This document shows positions 36,323 to 48,406 of a stretch of DNA of 64,000 nucleotides, piece by piece. The position numbers were made by a program, and so were the translations under genes. This DNA is from Rhizodiscina lignyota (Eukaryota): contig ML978135.1 in the NCBI GenBank assembly GCA_010015805.1, positions 372,001 to 436,000 of the forward strand. Reading direction: 5' to 3'. The notes beneath the pieces were generated by a model. The model was not told where the DNA came from. It saw only the letters and a program-made list of their open reading frames with translations, and did not search any database. Position 1 is the first letter of the stretch. Each line of letters begins with the position of its first letter.

Positions 36323-37894
36323 TCACTCCTTGCCCAGAATTTGCCGCCTTGAAATGCGAACGGGCAGGTCTCCAGGCGAACAGGTGAAAGCTTCTCGTTG
36401 AGGCAGGACCCAATCCGGAGATATCAACTCGAAGTCATATCGATGAACAAGCGTAGCAATTGCCACGTATTGCTCAAGGTAGGTGATATTGCGGCCAATG
36501 CAGCCTCTCGCACCAGCAGAGAACGTTATGAAATGCGGCTGCAGCTCTTGCGCGTCCTCGGCGAGCCACCGCTCCGGCCGGAAGGACTCAGGATCTGGGA
36601 ATATACTGGGATTTCGATGCATGCTGTATGGTGGACTATGGACCGTTGTATTTCCCGGTATCCATTCACCCATTACCTCGAGCCCTTCAGGTGGCGTCAG
36701 ACGCGGTACATTCATCGTATTCGGTGGATTCAGACGCATCGATTCGTCAAGGCAGGCCCGTAAATATGGAAGATGCTTGATCCGGTCGTACGCAGCAACG
36801 ACTTCTCCTGGCTCGAGAACCGCATCAAGCTCTCGTCGAAGAGCCTGGAAGCAATCTGGATGTTTAAGAAGGTTGTAGAGAGCGTTGGTTAACGCAGTTG
36901 CGGTCGTGTCACTCCCAGCGTTCATCATGATACTGCATTCGGCGACAAGCTCACCCATTGGCAGCATATTGGCGTTCCCGTATTTGTCCTCGAGCAGGTA
37001 CGCATAGAAGTCGTCGAGCTTTTCGCCAGCCTGATAGCGTTGCAAGCGCCGCTTGCAGAACGTAATAACCATGTTCGTATAGTTCTCCTCGTGGCGCCAG
37101 AATGGATGCCACTTCGTCAGTCCCCTGAGGTGCTTGAACCATCCTGTTGACCAGACTAGCGAGGACTGGACTCGATGCGCATACCAGAGCGATTCTCGAT
37201 AGCTGCACCTGTACGGCTTGCCATCCATTGTCTCGACGTCGACCATATCATTGCCGTTTTCTAGTAAACGTAGACCCGCAGACATTCCAATCTCGCAGAT
37301 GGCATCGATTCCGAACAGTGTTGACCAAAGCCGATGATTTATGAAGCCTTCGAGTTGCTTGGGATCACTCGAAGGATCCGCATGTGGTGTGGGGACGTAC
37401 TCGGGTTTCTCGCAGAGTCGATCGTACTGCGCTACCAGGGCAGATGTCCTGTCAGCAACAACATGCTCCCACTGTATGAGATGCGCCTGCGAATATGCGC
37501 CAGCAAGGACCCTTCGCTTCCGTGAATGCTCCTCGCGATTCTGTACATCTGCTAAGTGCCGATGGGTTCCGGCAAGGACGTTATAAAATTCGTCTTTAAG
37601 GGCGGGCGATCCATGGCCATAAATATCTCTGACGCCTACAACGTCGTTGAAGGATACCGAATTCGGGCCAACTCTGACGATTGTGTGCTTCTTGTGCGCC
37701 TCGTGAACAACCTTGAACCTTCGCCCCTGAGAGGAATAGTACATGTACGGGATATTGGTGAAGGGAGCGAGCCAGTTCATGCCATGGAAGCGACGAAGTC
37801 CTTTCGGATCGCGAAGGTAATCGTATATCGGCTTCAAGGCAAATAATAAGAAAAAGAAAGATACGCTAACTACGGTTGTGATCCAACCGAGCAT
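36323..37894 (-). CDS. Cytochrome P450 (CYP53-clan/benzoate monooxygenase-like)
   Basis: N-terminal TM anchor, I-helix AGSDTT, K-helix ESMR, PERW and heme motif FSAGARGCIG; intronless, 523 aa. Confidence 0.95.
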   Translation of the reverse strand: MLGWITTVVSVSFFFLLFALKPIYDYLRDPKGLRRFHGMNWLAPFTNIPYMYYSSQGRRFKVVHEAHKKHTIVRVGPNSVSFNDVVGVRDIYGHGSPALKDEFYNVLAGTHRHLADVQNREEHSRKRRVLAGAYSQAHLIQWEHVVADRTSALVAQYDRLCEKPEYVPTPHADPSSDPKQLEGFINHRLWSTLFGIDAICEIGMSAGLRLLENGNDMVDVETMDGKPYRCSYRESLWYAHRVQSSLVWSTGWFKHLRGLTKWHPFWRHEENYTNMVITFCKRRLQRYQAGEKLDDFYAYLLEDKYGNANMLPMGELVAECSIMMNAGSDTTATALTNALYNLLKHPDCFQALRRELDAVLEPGEVVAAYDRIKHLPYLRACLDESMRLNPPNTMNVPRLTPPEGLEVMGEWIPGNTTVHSPPYSMHRNPSIFPDPESFRPERWLAEDAQELQPHFITFSAGARGCIGRNITYLEQYVAIATLVHRYDFELISPDWVLPQREAFTCSPGDLPVRISRRQILGKE

Positions 37895-38368
37895 CTTGAC
37901 GAGGTTCGAAGATATTACAGAGCCAACACAAGCAGAGGAGCAATAGTGGTAGATGAATACAGGTTATTAGCACCAACCCGACGGAATTCGCGACTCCTGG
38001 TATCTTAATACATCGAAGAACGGAAAAAGTGGCCCATCAGACTTGCATCGGTCTCCTCAAGAGTTGAAGACGGAACCGCAATTTTCAGCCTTGGTTCAGT
38101 TGAGAACGGCTCACACGGCTGGCGTCATGTTGTTTATTTTGGCTAGACAGCAATTGGCTCTCAGTTGGCGGGTAGCACAAGAGTCGGCTTGAACGCCGAC
38201 GCCCAAACAGGCAAGTCTGGCGTTTCCAAAGTAACTTCTATCCCGTGATCGCCTTCTTGACATCAACCGCTTCAACAATTGTTGAAGGTGAGTTTGAACT
38301 TTAAGAGATATTTAATTTCCGCTTCAATATGTTCGGAGCCTCAGATCGTTACATTGGATACGCAGGAT

Positions 38369-40578
38369 ATGGAACTCTTACACAATCGCCACGGAATGGT
38401 TCAGGCTGGCGCGCTATCCCTCTATCGTCAAGCTGCGATTGATGATATCTTTGTTTTACTTCTTCTCCTTGCGTTTGCTATCCTAGCGTCTTGGAAGCAC
38501 ATTATCAGGAAGACTCCGGATCCATCACTCGACTTCTATTATTCAATTCCACAGGCATCGAGCTTGCAGGTCAAAAAGAGGGAACAAAGAGCAGAGACAA
38601 GAAATGTTACAAAAGCATTCCGCGAATGGGTATGTGTCAATGTCTCCATTGTACAGGCCCTTACTCACAGATCTCGCAGGGCCTGGATATGGTCATCTTC
38701 TGGGGCTCCCAGAGCGGCAGAGCAGAAGTCCTCGCGAAAAGTCTCGCAAGTGAACTTCAGAATCGTTTCGGTATGAAAGTCCTGGTTGCTGATCTAGATG
38801 ATTATGACCACCTGCATCTGGCCGAACTCAACGAAAGGCAGATTATTGGTTTCATCCTAGCAACATACGGAGAAGGCGATCCCCCGGACAATACGAATGT
38901 GTTCTGGTCTACGGCTCATGAGCTACAAGAAAAAGGCATCAAGCTGAACAATATGTGTTATGTCGTTTTTGGACTTGGAAACTCCAAATACCGACAGTAC
39001 AATCGAGTTGCGGAGAGCATTAATTCCACGTTCCAGAAGCTCGGTGCAAGTCGTATTGGTGAAATGGGAAAGGGCGATGACGCAAATGGCAGCACGGAGG
39101 AGGATTTTGCTAGCTGGAAAAAGGACATTTCGCATACTTTGGAAGAAACCCTAAATCTCCAGGTCCAAAACCAGGAATATCAACCAGCCTTCACAATTAC
39201 CGAAATTGACGATATTGGTGAAGATGCCGTCTTTCTCGGGGAGCCACATTCATCTCTACTCCGAAATGGGACCAAAAGCAAATGGGGAGATCTGACAGCT
39301 CCAAACGTGATACCAATTGCCCGTTCAAGAATCCTGTGGCAATCGGGACAACGCCATTGCATTGATATCGACTTCGATCTCGGCCGCCAGCGCCTGCTCA
39401 AATATTCAACCGGCGATCATCTTGCTGTCTGGCCAAGCAACCCGGAGAGTGAAGTACAGAGTCTGTTGTGTCTTCTCGGCCTGGAGAGCAAGCGATCCAC
39501 GATCGTGAAAATTTCCACTGCAAGTAGCACAAGCGGGATAAAGATACCTGTTCCAAGCCCCACAACTATCGAAGCATTGTTCAGACACTATCTCGAGATA
39601 TGTGCACCTATCTCCCGGGATGCATTAATGCAACTGTCGAACTTTGCGCCCTCGGAGACTGCTGCAGAAAACCTACGCCGCATTTCAGACGATACCACGA
39701 CTTTGAAGACGGAAATTCTGTCCCCACATCTCACATTTTCAGGCATATTGCGTCTCGTCGCCGACGATCAGCCGTGGAACATTCCGCTCTCATTCCTTCT
39801 GGAGAGTGTAAAGGGCAGGCAGCCAAGATACTACTCAATATCTTCATCGGCAGTCGTTCAGCCCCGTTGCGTGTCGATAACTGCAGTGGTGGACACTGGA
39901 CCTCAAGCAAGCGGAACTTTGAATCACTGCTTTGGCCTGACAACTGGTCTCCTCTCCGATTTATGTCACGCCCATATGAGCAAGGATTGCTCTTCCGATG
40001 CCACACCCCTCGCATACTCTTTGTCAGGGCCTCGCGATATTCTGGAGGGAGGCAAGATATTCGGTCGTATTCGCCGGAGCACGTTCAAACTTCCACCAAA
40101 GGCTTCGACTGGCGTTATATTGATCGGGACAGGCACCGGCGTTGCTCCATTCCGTGGGTTTCTACAAGAGCGAGTGCGTATGAAAGAGATTGGAAAAGAA
40201 GTCGGGAAGACATTACTTTTCATGGGATTCCGACATCCGGACGAAGACTTCCTCTACGCTGACGAATTGAAGCAGTGTCAACTTGCGCTTGGCGAAGGAA
40301 TCTTCAAAATTCATACTGCATTCAGTCGTGAGGTGTCTTCCAAGAAGGTGTATGTACAGGATCGTCTCCAAGAAAGCGCCGCAGAAGTCCTCGAGTTGCT
40401 CGAATCAGATCACCGAAGCTCAATATACATCTGTGGCGCTGCTTCAATGGCACGAGATGTCTCGTTCTGCCTCGCAAACATACGGATGAGCGCCACAGGA
40501 GCGAGTGATGAAGAAGCCGCACAGTGGCTAACAGAACTCCGGCGTTCAGCAAGATACCTAGAAGATGTGTGGGGGTAG
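38369..40578 (+). CDS. NADPH-cytochrome P450 reductase (cluster-associated paralog)
   Basis: The TM-anchor exon (ORF 38279-38776) splices via an intron at about 38630-38679 to WGSQSGRAE, ATYGEGD, FGLGNS, RYYSISS, GTGVAPFRGF, YVQD, YICG and C-terminal EDVWG. Confidence 0.93.
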
Positions 40579-40594
40579 ACATCAATGTCAGTAA

Positions 40595-42750
40595 TTACGT
40601 CGCATTACGAGCCCATTGCTCTTTGATTATACGTTCCGACTCCCCTCCGGGCCAGGCGTCTTCCGTTTCTGCCAGCCTCAAGACTTTGAGAAGTTCTTCT
40701 TGCTCGTTTGGATCCGTCACCCACACTCCACCTGGGGCGCGTTAGTCGAGTGATACCGTCATTATTGACATGTTCAACATACATTGGGAGATTGCCAACG
40801 TGGCTACATTTCTTCCTGGCGGTACTGTTGTCGAAATTGTGATACCGCAGAGTATTCTGATGTGATGCAGCACCTTCTCCTGGAGCCACAATTAGCTCAC
40901 GGCTTAGATGCAATACTGCAATTGACAGACTTACCCTGATGCGTTCGCGTCCCTCGATGTACTTTGATCCGATCCTGGGCGACGTGGGGTCGAATATGGC
41001 CATTAAAAGCAAAGCTAGGTGGAAGTATGCCAACCCAACCACACATGGGTCTAGCAACAAGCAGATTTCAGGGAAATATCTTCCCGCTGCTGGGTCGCGC
41101 TCTCGAAAGTAAACCGGCGTGAATGATCCGGGTTTGCAGAGATCCCAATCGTCAAGTCTTTGCTTAATCTCCAGATACTTCGACGTGGACCCGGCATCTG
41201 GTCCGAAACAGAAGGTCACAACGTCGCCCACGAGACACGTTGCTCGCTTGGCCCAGATACATTCATCAGCAGGTGCCACTGAACGGTCGAGTCCACACTT
41301 GTCGAGATCTGTCTTTGGAACTCTTTGGTTCAAGATCGCGTTGAACACATCCTGTCGTTGGTGCACCCAGAGTGCGGCATTCCGAAGACCACTCCAAGGT
41401 CGCTGTTCTTCTTGTGCAGCTGCGACTGATGCGTATCCGCCAAGGAGATGTCTGGCGTCGTCTCGACCATGTACAGGAGCTGCATGGTCAGCTGTTGATC
41501 GCTTACTAGTAATTTGGATACATACCGCTGACCTCTTCATAGAAACGAAGCAAAGTCGACGTAGCGAGAAATGCACCATCTGTGATGATGCTCTTATCAT
41601 CAAGCATTGGAAGCAGAAGTCTCACACATTGTTCATGATAGTCCTCTGCTTCATTCTCGTCATACTCCGCAACTCGACTTCGGTGCATTGCGGACAACGC
41701 GAGAACGGCATACAAAAGCACTGGGCAGAAAGGAACGAGACGAAGAGTCTCGGCAGTGAAATCGGGATCGGTGACGTCGAACTATTGTAGTGAGAAATTG
41801 AACAACTCCCTCACCAAAGACATTATCGATACATACCCATATCCAACCAACTGCCACCTTGAAATGATTCAACAGAAAAGCATATTTCGGAGTGATTAAC
41901 GTGGCGCCGGACAATTCAAGATAGAGTGGCGGGATATTACGTGCTGTACTGAACTGTTGTAAAGACTCTTCATGCTGAGAAGATGCGGCGACGATTGATG
42001 AAGCACACAACAGATCTTCGATCCTGACGGGGTGCACGTCGTCTCTTGGGAGAGCTCTCGTGCTTTCGGCATCTCGAGACTCGACTGGCGATAATGTTGA
42101 GACGAGAGTATATGTGGATGGTGTGATTGGTGTGATTGGAGATATGGGGAAGATATCCGTTGTGCGACCAATAGCAGCATCTGAAGACGTTTTTGAAGCC
42201 GCACGTTGAAGGTCAACTTCTGCTGCACGAGTGTCTTCTTCTGAAGACGGACTCTCGTAGCCGAAGACGACATCCCTTGTCTCATCGACAAAGCTTACTA
42301 ATAGCTGTGAGCTTCTCTCCGTACGCATGTGTGGAGAAACCAGACTCACGTGCTGAAGGAGTTTTGACCCACGTCTGGTCTTGCTCGAAGGTGAGGGTCT
42401 TCTTGCCTGGCAACAGGTGGAGCCCTGCGTCCGCCGCGGACGAATTACGATGCCTACGAAATCGAACATTAAATCCGGGTATGCAGGTACGCCCAGTGTC
42501 TCTGCATCGACCGCATCGTGGGGTCGATCTGTCGCCTGTGGTTCACGCCCAAATTAGGGCATCTGATCTGATATGTCCAAAGAGGAGTTGCGACTCCGCT
42601 GTTCTTACACTCAAGATGCCTCGCACGGCAGGTTTGGCTGTGCTCATCATTAGTGACATGAACGAGGCATAATTGACCTGATATAGGCATTGCTGTATCT
42701 GAAATGAACACATACCAATCTGCTTTCGCTACACCATTGGCAGGGGCCAT
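40595..42750 (-). CDS. Zn(II)2Cys6 transcription factor (ArcA-like), multi-exon
   Basis: The spliced N-terminus reads ADCQTCRARHLECDRSTPRCGRCRDTGRTCIPG. Later exons include LLYAVLALSAMH, LATSTLLRFYEE and GLRNAALWVHQRQD; the last exon ends AWP...EQWARNAT*. Confidence 0.85.
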
Positions 42751-43471
42751 GTGACGGATGTCTCATTGAAGTGAGAGAGGAAAACAATGTGGGCCCACGC
42801 CGGCAACTTTGGTCGCGAAGGCCCACAACTTTGTACGCCACTTTGCTCTGGAGATCGACCAGTATCATGCCTGACCTTCCGGGAGAATTGTGCATGATCG
42901 TCTCTTGAGAGGAGGTGTCTCGGGTTGCATTTTCCCGCCGCTTTTTGCGCTCCCGCAAAGGTGGAAATTTCGCTCCTCCCACATCCTTGAACGGCAACTT
43001 TGGTCTTACAAGCAGTGCTCTCACCTAGAGAACTAAGGTATATTACCAAGTTTGTAGGGCTTATTGTTATTACATCTGGTTATATCGAAATTTTACTGTC
43101 TTCCGTGTAATTGAGAGCATATTTGAGCATCGATAGCATCTGGGCGAGGCGATGCTTCTGGTGCCTCGCTCTCGGAGTTGGCATATCTACATCAATCCTC
43201 AAATCGCTCTTCTACAGTCTAAGTACCATGCTTGAAGCATTAATAATGTCGAGACCATCAATTACGTTCGTTCTGCTCCTTGATTTAGTTTAGTGTTCGT
43301 CTGCGTCGCTTCTTCTCTCCAAGATCTTTAGACATCCCATGCGGAGCAAGATCAGGTTTGCACTGTTTCCCTCAAGAGCTGCGCACAAATGCATAAGCCC
43401 GAAGATACGAATTTCTTGGTGTTTGGACAACATGACTTGTGAATATGATTCAGGTTCCATTGATGGCTATA

Positions 43472-43900
43472 TCACACACGCCCTCTCACATCCTCCACTT
43501 CGTTCCTCACCCTCCCCACACCCTCGCCGTCCGCGTCCCCTGTGTTCACCGTGCCTCCCAGCTCAATGATCATCGCGCACGCTTCAATTCCCTCCGCAAC
43601 AGCCGGACAATGCCTCACACTCCTTGGGATCACCAACATATCCCCAGTCTTCATAACAACATCGTCCAATGCAACCGTTGGATCTTCGCGAAAGCGGATG
43701 GTGAACTCGCCAGAGACGCAGTAGAACAGCTCGTCGGTGTTTGGATGCGAATGCCAGACGAACTCGCCTTGCAACTTCGCGAGCTTCACATCGTGTGAGG
43801 AGTTGAGTGTCGCGATCAGCTTGGGTGACCAGGGCTTGGTGATGCTCGATAGTGTTCCCGGAATCGAGATTTTCTGAGGTTGTGGCGCAGGAGCAGACAT
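43472..43900 (-). CDS. Small single-domain cupin (YdbB-like)
   Basis: WSPKLIA...GEFVWHSHPNTDELF (HxHxxxxE) and GDMLVIPRSVRHCP metal-binding motifs; intronless, about 142 aa. Confidence 0.88.
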   Translation of the reverse strand: MSAPAPQPQKISIPGTLSSITKPWSPKLIATLNSSHDVKLAKLQGEFVWHSHPNTDELFYCVSGEFTIRFREDPTVALDDVVMKTGDMLVIPRSVRHCPAVAEGIEACAMIIELGGTVNTGDADGEGVGRVRNEVEDVRGRV

Positions 43901-44531
43901 TTTTAAAGATTCGCGAGCTAAATTGCAAGGGTTGGGGGCTTGATCGGACGAGAAACAGCACGATTTATGCTCTATTCTGGACTTCCAAGCGGCCACCAGG
44001 CTCTTTTAAACCGTTTCAAGAAGTCTACGGGAAGCTAGGCATGTAGTAAGGCGTGTTTGTAGCAGTTAGACCATGATCCCGGCCGCCCTGGAATGTTGAG
44101 CGGGCAGTCATGAGGAATCAGAAGGCAAACTTCCATCCATGAGATCAAATCTGGAAGGTTCTCAAGAGAGAGCACTTTGCATTCATCTCGACCCTGAAGG
44201 CAAGTATAGTCCCTCCGTTCCTAGAGAGAATGATATGGCGGCTCTCAACCGCTCGAGTTGAGTGAATTCTCGTCAATTTTCTCGATGTTGCACGCCGCCA
44301 AGCAGAGTTACAGTCGGCGGATGCAGGTGCGGGAATAAATGCGCAACCGTGAGAGTAGCCCACCGTAGCACTGCGGGCGACCATAACTCAAGTTAAGGAC
44401 CCTACCTCCGCGATCACTTTCTCGAATTTTGAGGGAGCGAGATGTTTGTGCGGTTGAACGTGAGATATGTATCGATTGAGACGGCTTGATAATTACTTTA
44501 TCTCAACAACGCTACTCTCTACCCACCCTTC

Positions 44532-46267
44532 TTAATAGATATAGCGGAAGCCCAAGTTCTCCTTGTCGCTCAAATCATCCCAAGCATGCACGACTCGATT
44601 CGGATCTGCCTCGACCAGGCCGTCCGCAGCCAAACGGTCCTTCTTCTGGTTCTGCCATCGCAGATACCACCACAGGAACGCGATGACGACGACCAGCAGC
44701 GCGTAGCATCCAATGTGAGTAGCGAAGGCGATGAAGTAACGGGGAGCGTCCCAGGCAAGGAAGACTTGCGGGCCTGTATGATTACATACATTAGTATTGA
44801 ATATATTACCCGGAGGTTGCGTACTCACCAGCAGCGTTACCAGCCGACCAAGCGACGAAGTTCATCGCCACTACTACGGATTTCTTCGTCTGCCCCCCAA
44901 TGTTCCTAGAGATCATACTCATTGCCAACGTCTGTGCGGCCCAGAAAGACAGGGCGATGTAGTAGCTGATCAACAACCCTGCCTTTGTCGCCGTGTTCTT
45001 GTTAATCACCGTCATGAGCACAATCGTGCCCATGAATGACGGAATAACGTAGAGGCCCATAACGATACAGTTCTGGCCGGTCTTCTTCACAAGCCACGTC
45101 GACGTGAGCAGAATGATGATGATGACGGCCCCGAGAACCATGGCGAGCAGCTGCGTCTGCAGGATGGTGAAGTTGAAGCCCGTAATGATAATGTTTGCAA
45201 AGGCTCCGAGGCCAGATGTTGGCAGTGTGGTGCAAATCTGGATGAGGCAGTAGCAGTAAGTCTGAGGGTCCAGGAGAGCCTCGATGAATTGCTCTCTCCT
45301 CCACTTCCTGTTCTGCAGGCCAGTCTGGTTCCCTCGAACACGCTCAACGATCAGAGTCTTGTCTTCTTCCGAGAAGCACTTCGCTCTCATAGGGCTGTCG
45401 GGGAGCCACCAAAGGACGAAGAACCCCCAGAGCACAGAGAAGCAGCCGTAGGTGATAAAGATGGCCTGCCAGGAGTTGATCGCATGTCCCTCGCCGAGGA
45501 GTGTGAAGCAATATGCAAGAAGGCCGCCGACAATCTGCTGCCCGCCATTCATCTGTTCTACGAATCAGCCGAGTCACCTTGCGTAAATACCATTTGATGA
45601 GACTTACCATATACCAGTACGTGACTGCTTCTGCTTGCTCGGAACGCTTATACCACATGCTGCTGAGCACAAGAAATGAAGGCTGGCAGATAGCCTCAAA
45701 GATTCCGAGCAGAGTGCGCACAGTGACAAGACTGGCGAAGGAAGTGCACGCCGCATGCAGAGCGAGAATCGCACCCCACATAATGATGGCGCCTCCAAGC
45801 ATCTTGCCGATCGGCAGGCGCTGGATCAAATAGTTGACCGGGTACTCGACAATCAGGATGGCGATATAGATACATGTCGTCAGCCACGAGTACTGCTGGC
45901 CAACGAGGTGCAAATCCTGCCGAATGTTCATGATTGACGCGAAGGACATAGTGCCCTTGTCCAGTGCTTGGAGGAAGTAGGTGAAAACCATGACCGTAAG
46001 GACACGGAGGTCAATGGCACGCTTCAGACGCTTATCGTCAGCTTCTGAAACAATAACGTGCTCCTGAGTGGCATATTTGGCGACTTCGGGGTCGATACGG
46101 TTGAAGTCGACATGTTCCTTCACGATCGAATCTGCCGTTGGGGACAGCGCACGTTCGAGGTGTGCAATTTCCTTGACTTCCTTCTCTACCGGGTCTTTCT
46201 CGTGAGCGTGATACTCCGTTGGGGCAGCAGTGATAGGAGCGGCAGTCTCTTCCGTCTTGCTCTCCAT
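44532..46267 (-). CDS. MFS transporter, allantoate permease (DAL5/ACS) family
   Basis: QALDKGT, QRLPIGK, RTLLGIFE, WLPDSP, RNIGGQTKK, GPQVF and DLSDKENLGFRYIY. Introns at about 45555-45608 and 44777-44828. Confidence 0.93.
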
Positions 46268-46886
46268 CTTCACGAACGAGCGCCTTGGGAGCAAGTAGAA
46301 AAAGAGAGAGAGAGAGAGCTGGAGGCGCGAGAACTGATATCAAAAGAAAAATTGAAACTCCAAACTGGCAGGACGAAAGTGAAGCGTAATCAAGGATCTC
46401 ATATGCAAAACCAACGGAAAAATCACCTCACGGGGAGATGCATCCACCGACCTACCTCGCGTGAACGATGTCCCAGGTTATCGGGTGTGGGGAAGCCAGC
46501 GCGCTGTGGTCTTCCCCGGACGTGCTTCTCCAGACGTATTAGCCTGCAGCAATGCAGTCTCTTCCGGTGGTGATATTTGGGGAAACAGATCGACTGGCCA
46601 TGAGAGGGCCAGAGAGGATGAGAGGCGCTCGGCATCACTCACGCTTTTGGGAGCGGAGAGGGATGCCAAGAACTGTCGGGAGAGCAGCGGCCGAAGTGGC
46701 CTTTCATGACTCGCGTGAGCTCTTGTTCGCGTCAAAGTCGTGTCTCTGCGGACTGTCGATTGCAAACGATGTCGGAATGAATTGTCGTAAGAAAATCGTA
46801 GGTCCTTTCGAATTCTCCATTCATTATTGTGCCAACGTCTCAATCGAGACTTTCAAAGCTTTCCTTAAGCTCTCTTCTGGCCCAAA

Positions 46887-48041
46887 ATGCCACAATCTCC
46901 TCTCATCGTTCATTCTTTAAGCACAGCGGATCTCCGCTCAAAAATAGATCTTTTGATCAATAATCTTATCAACATAACCGACAAGACTGGGCATTTCCTC
47001 CTGAAGCTCCCGGATGGGCGTATTATTGACACGAAAGGCTGGCACGACTGGGAATGGACGCACGGCGTCGGCCTCTACGGGCTGTACCAGTACCACAGCG
47101 TAACTGGTTTGTCCGAGCCGCTGCTGGCTATGAGGGCCTGGTTCGCAGAGCAGCTGGCAAGAGGCACAACGAAGAACATAAACACCATGTCGCCCTTTCT
47201 CACTCTAGCGTATATGTATGAAGACATCGTGAAATCAGGCAAAGAGGAGAAGTCCTGGAGGCCTTGGCTAGAGTCGTGGGCAGACTGGGCAATGCACGAC
47301 CTGCCCCGTGTGCCGGGGGGTGGGATGCAACATATGACCTATCTGGGCCCGAACACAAATGAGCTATGGGACGACACGCTCATGATGACCGTGCTGCCGC
47401 TCGCGAAGATCGGGCTCGTCCTCGGCCGGCCGGAGTACGTTGAGGAAGCAAAGAGACAATTTATGATACACTGCCAGTATTTATTTGACCCTGGGTCGGG
47501 GCTGTTCTTCCACGGATGGAAGTTCGAGGAGAAGGGCGGGGCTGTGGGGCACAATTTCGCGCGAGCGAGATGGGCCAGAGGCAACAGTTGGCTGACGATT
47601 GCCATTCCGGATTTCGTGGAGCTGCTGGATCTACCGCCAACGGATGGATTAAGAATGTTTCTGCTGCATATCCTGAACGCACAAGTCTCAACTCTTACGC
47701 GGTTGCAAGATCCAAAGACAGGATTATGGAGAACACTCCTGGATGTGCCTGAGTCAGATGGATCGTACGTGGAGAGCAGTGCGACTGCCGGGTTTGCCTA
47801 TGGGATCCTGAAGGGAGTGCGAAAGCGATACCTCGATCCAAAGTATGAAGCAGTCGGTATCAAAGCAGCGAAGGCTGTGATCGGCAAGATAAGTCCCGAG
47901 GGCGAGTTGTTGGATACAAGCTTCGGTACTGGAATGGGGATGAATCTTCAGCATTACCTGGATATCGAAAGAACCAGCATGCCGTACGGGCAAGCGATGG
48001 CTATCATGGCGCTGGTCGAAATGCTGAGAATCTTCATATGA
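46887..48041 (+). CDS. GH105 (GH88-like fold) unsaturated rhamnogalacturonyl/glucuronyl hydrolase
   Basis: WEWTHGVGLYG, KNINT, LWDDTLMM, GLFFHGW, WARGNSW, GLWRTLLD, SYVESSATAG and YGQA motifs; intronless, with no hydrophobic signal peptide. Confidence 0.92.
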   Translation: MPQSPLIVHSLSTADLRSKIDLLINNLINITDKTGHFLLKLPDGRIIDTKGWHDWEWTHGVGLYGLYQYHSVTGLSEPLLAMRAWFAEQLARGTTKNINTMSPFLTLAYMYEDIVKSGKEEKSWRPWLESWADWAMHDLPRVPGGGMQHMTYLGPNTNELWDDTLMMTVLPLAKIGLVLGRPEYVEEAKRQFMIHCQYLFDPGSGLFFHGWKFEEKGGAVGHNFARARWARGNSWLTIAIPDFVELLDLPPTDGLRMFLLHILNAQVSTLTRLQDPKTGLWRTLLDVPESDGSYVESSATAGFAYGILKGVRKRYLDPKYEAVGIKAAKAVIGKISPEGELLDTSFGTGMGMNLQHYLDIERTSMPYGQAMAIMALVEMLRIFI

Positions 48042-48406
48042 AACGCTGCGCAGCGAAAGGAAGACTGAGTAAGCTCGTTGAAAGAACGACATTGCTAAAA
48101 GCGAAGACTTGAGGTGCGTCTTATGTACAGCATTAAGTGCATGCCATGGCTAGAAGAAAAATAGACGGCATGACAAACACAAGGCATGGCATAGACAAAT
48201 GAGCCGCCCACCAGATATTGACGGAAGGATGCATATGAAAGTATGAAAGGGTGGCCACAAACCACGGAGCCTGATGCAATGTTGCTGATGCCATTCCAAA
48301 CATTCGCCCACAAACTCCATAGGCCGTAACGCATACGTGTCATCCATGCATATTAATTCCCCCCTTGCGGAGACGTCAACTCTTCCCCATTGAGTTCTCT
48401 TGCTCG

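Noticed and set aside
39600..40262. 220-aa ORF inside CPR, and similar long overlapping ORFs (3608-4129, 41119-41790, 52109-52714)
   Set aside because: These are alternative-frame or antisense shadows of well-supported genes.
46302..46318. (AG)n tract upstream of the DAL5-like start
   Set aside because: An ordinary short CT-rich 5' UTR microsatellite.
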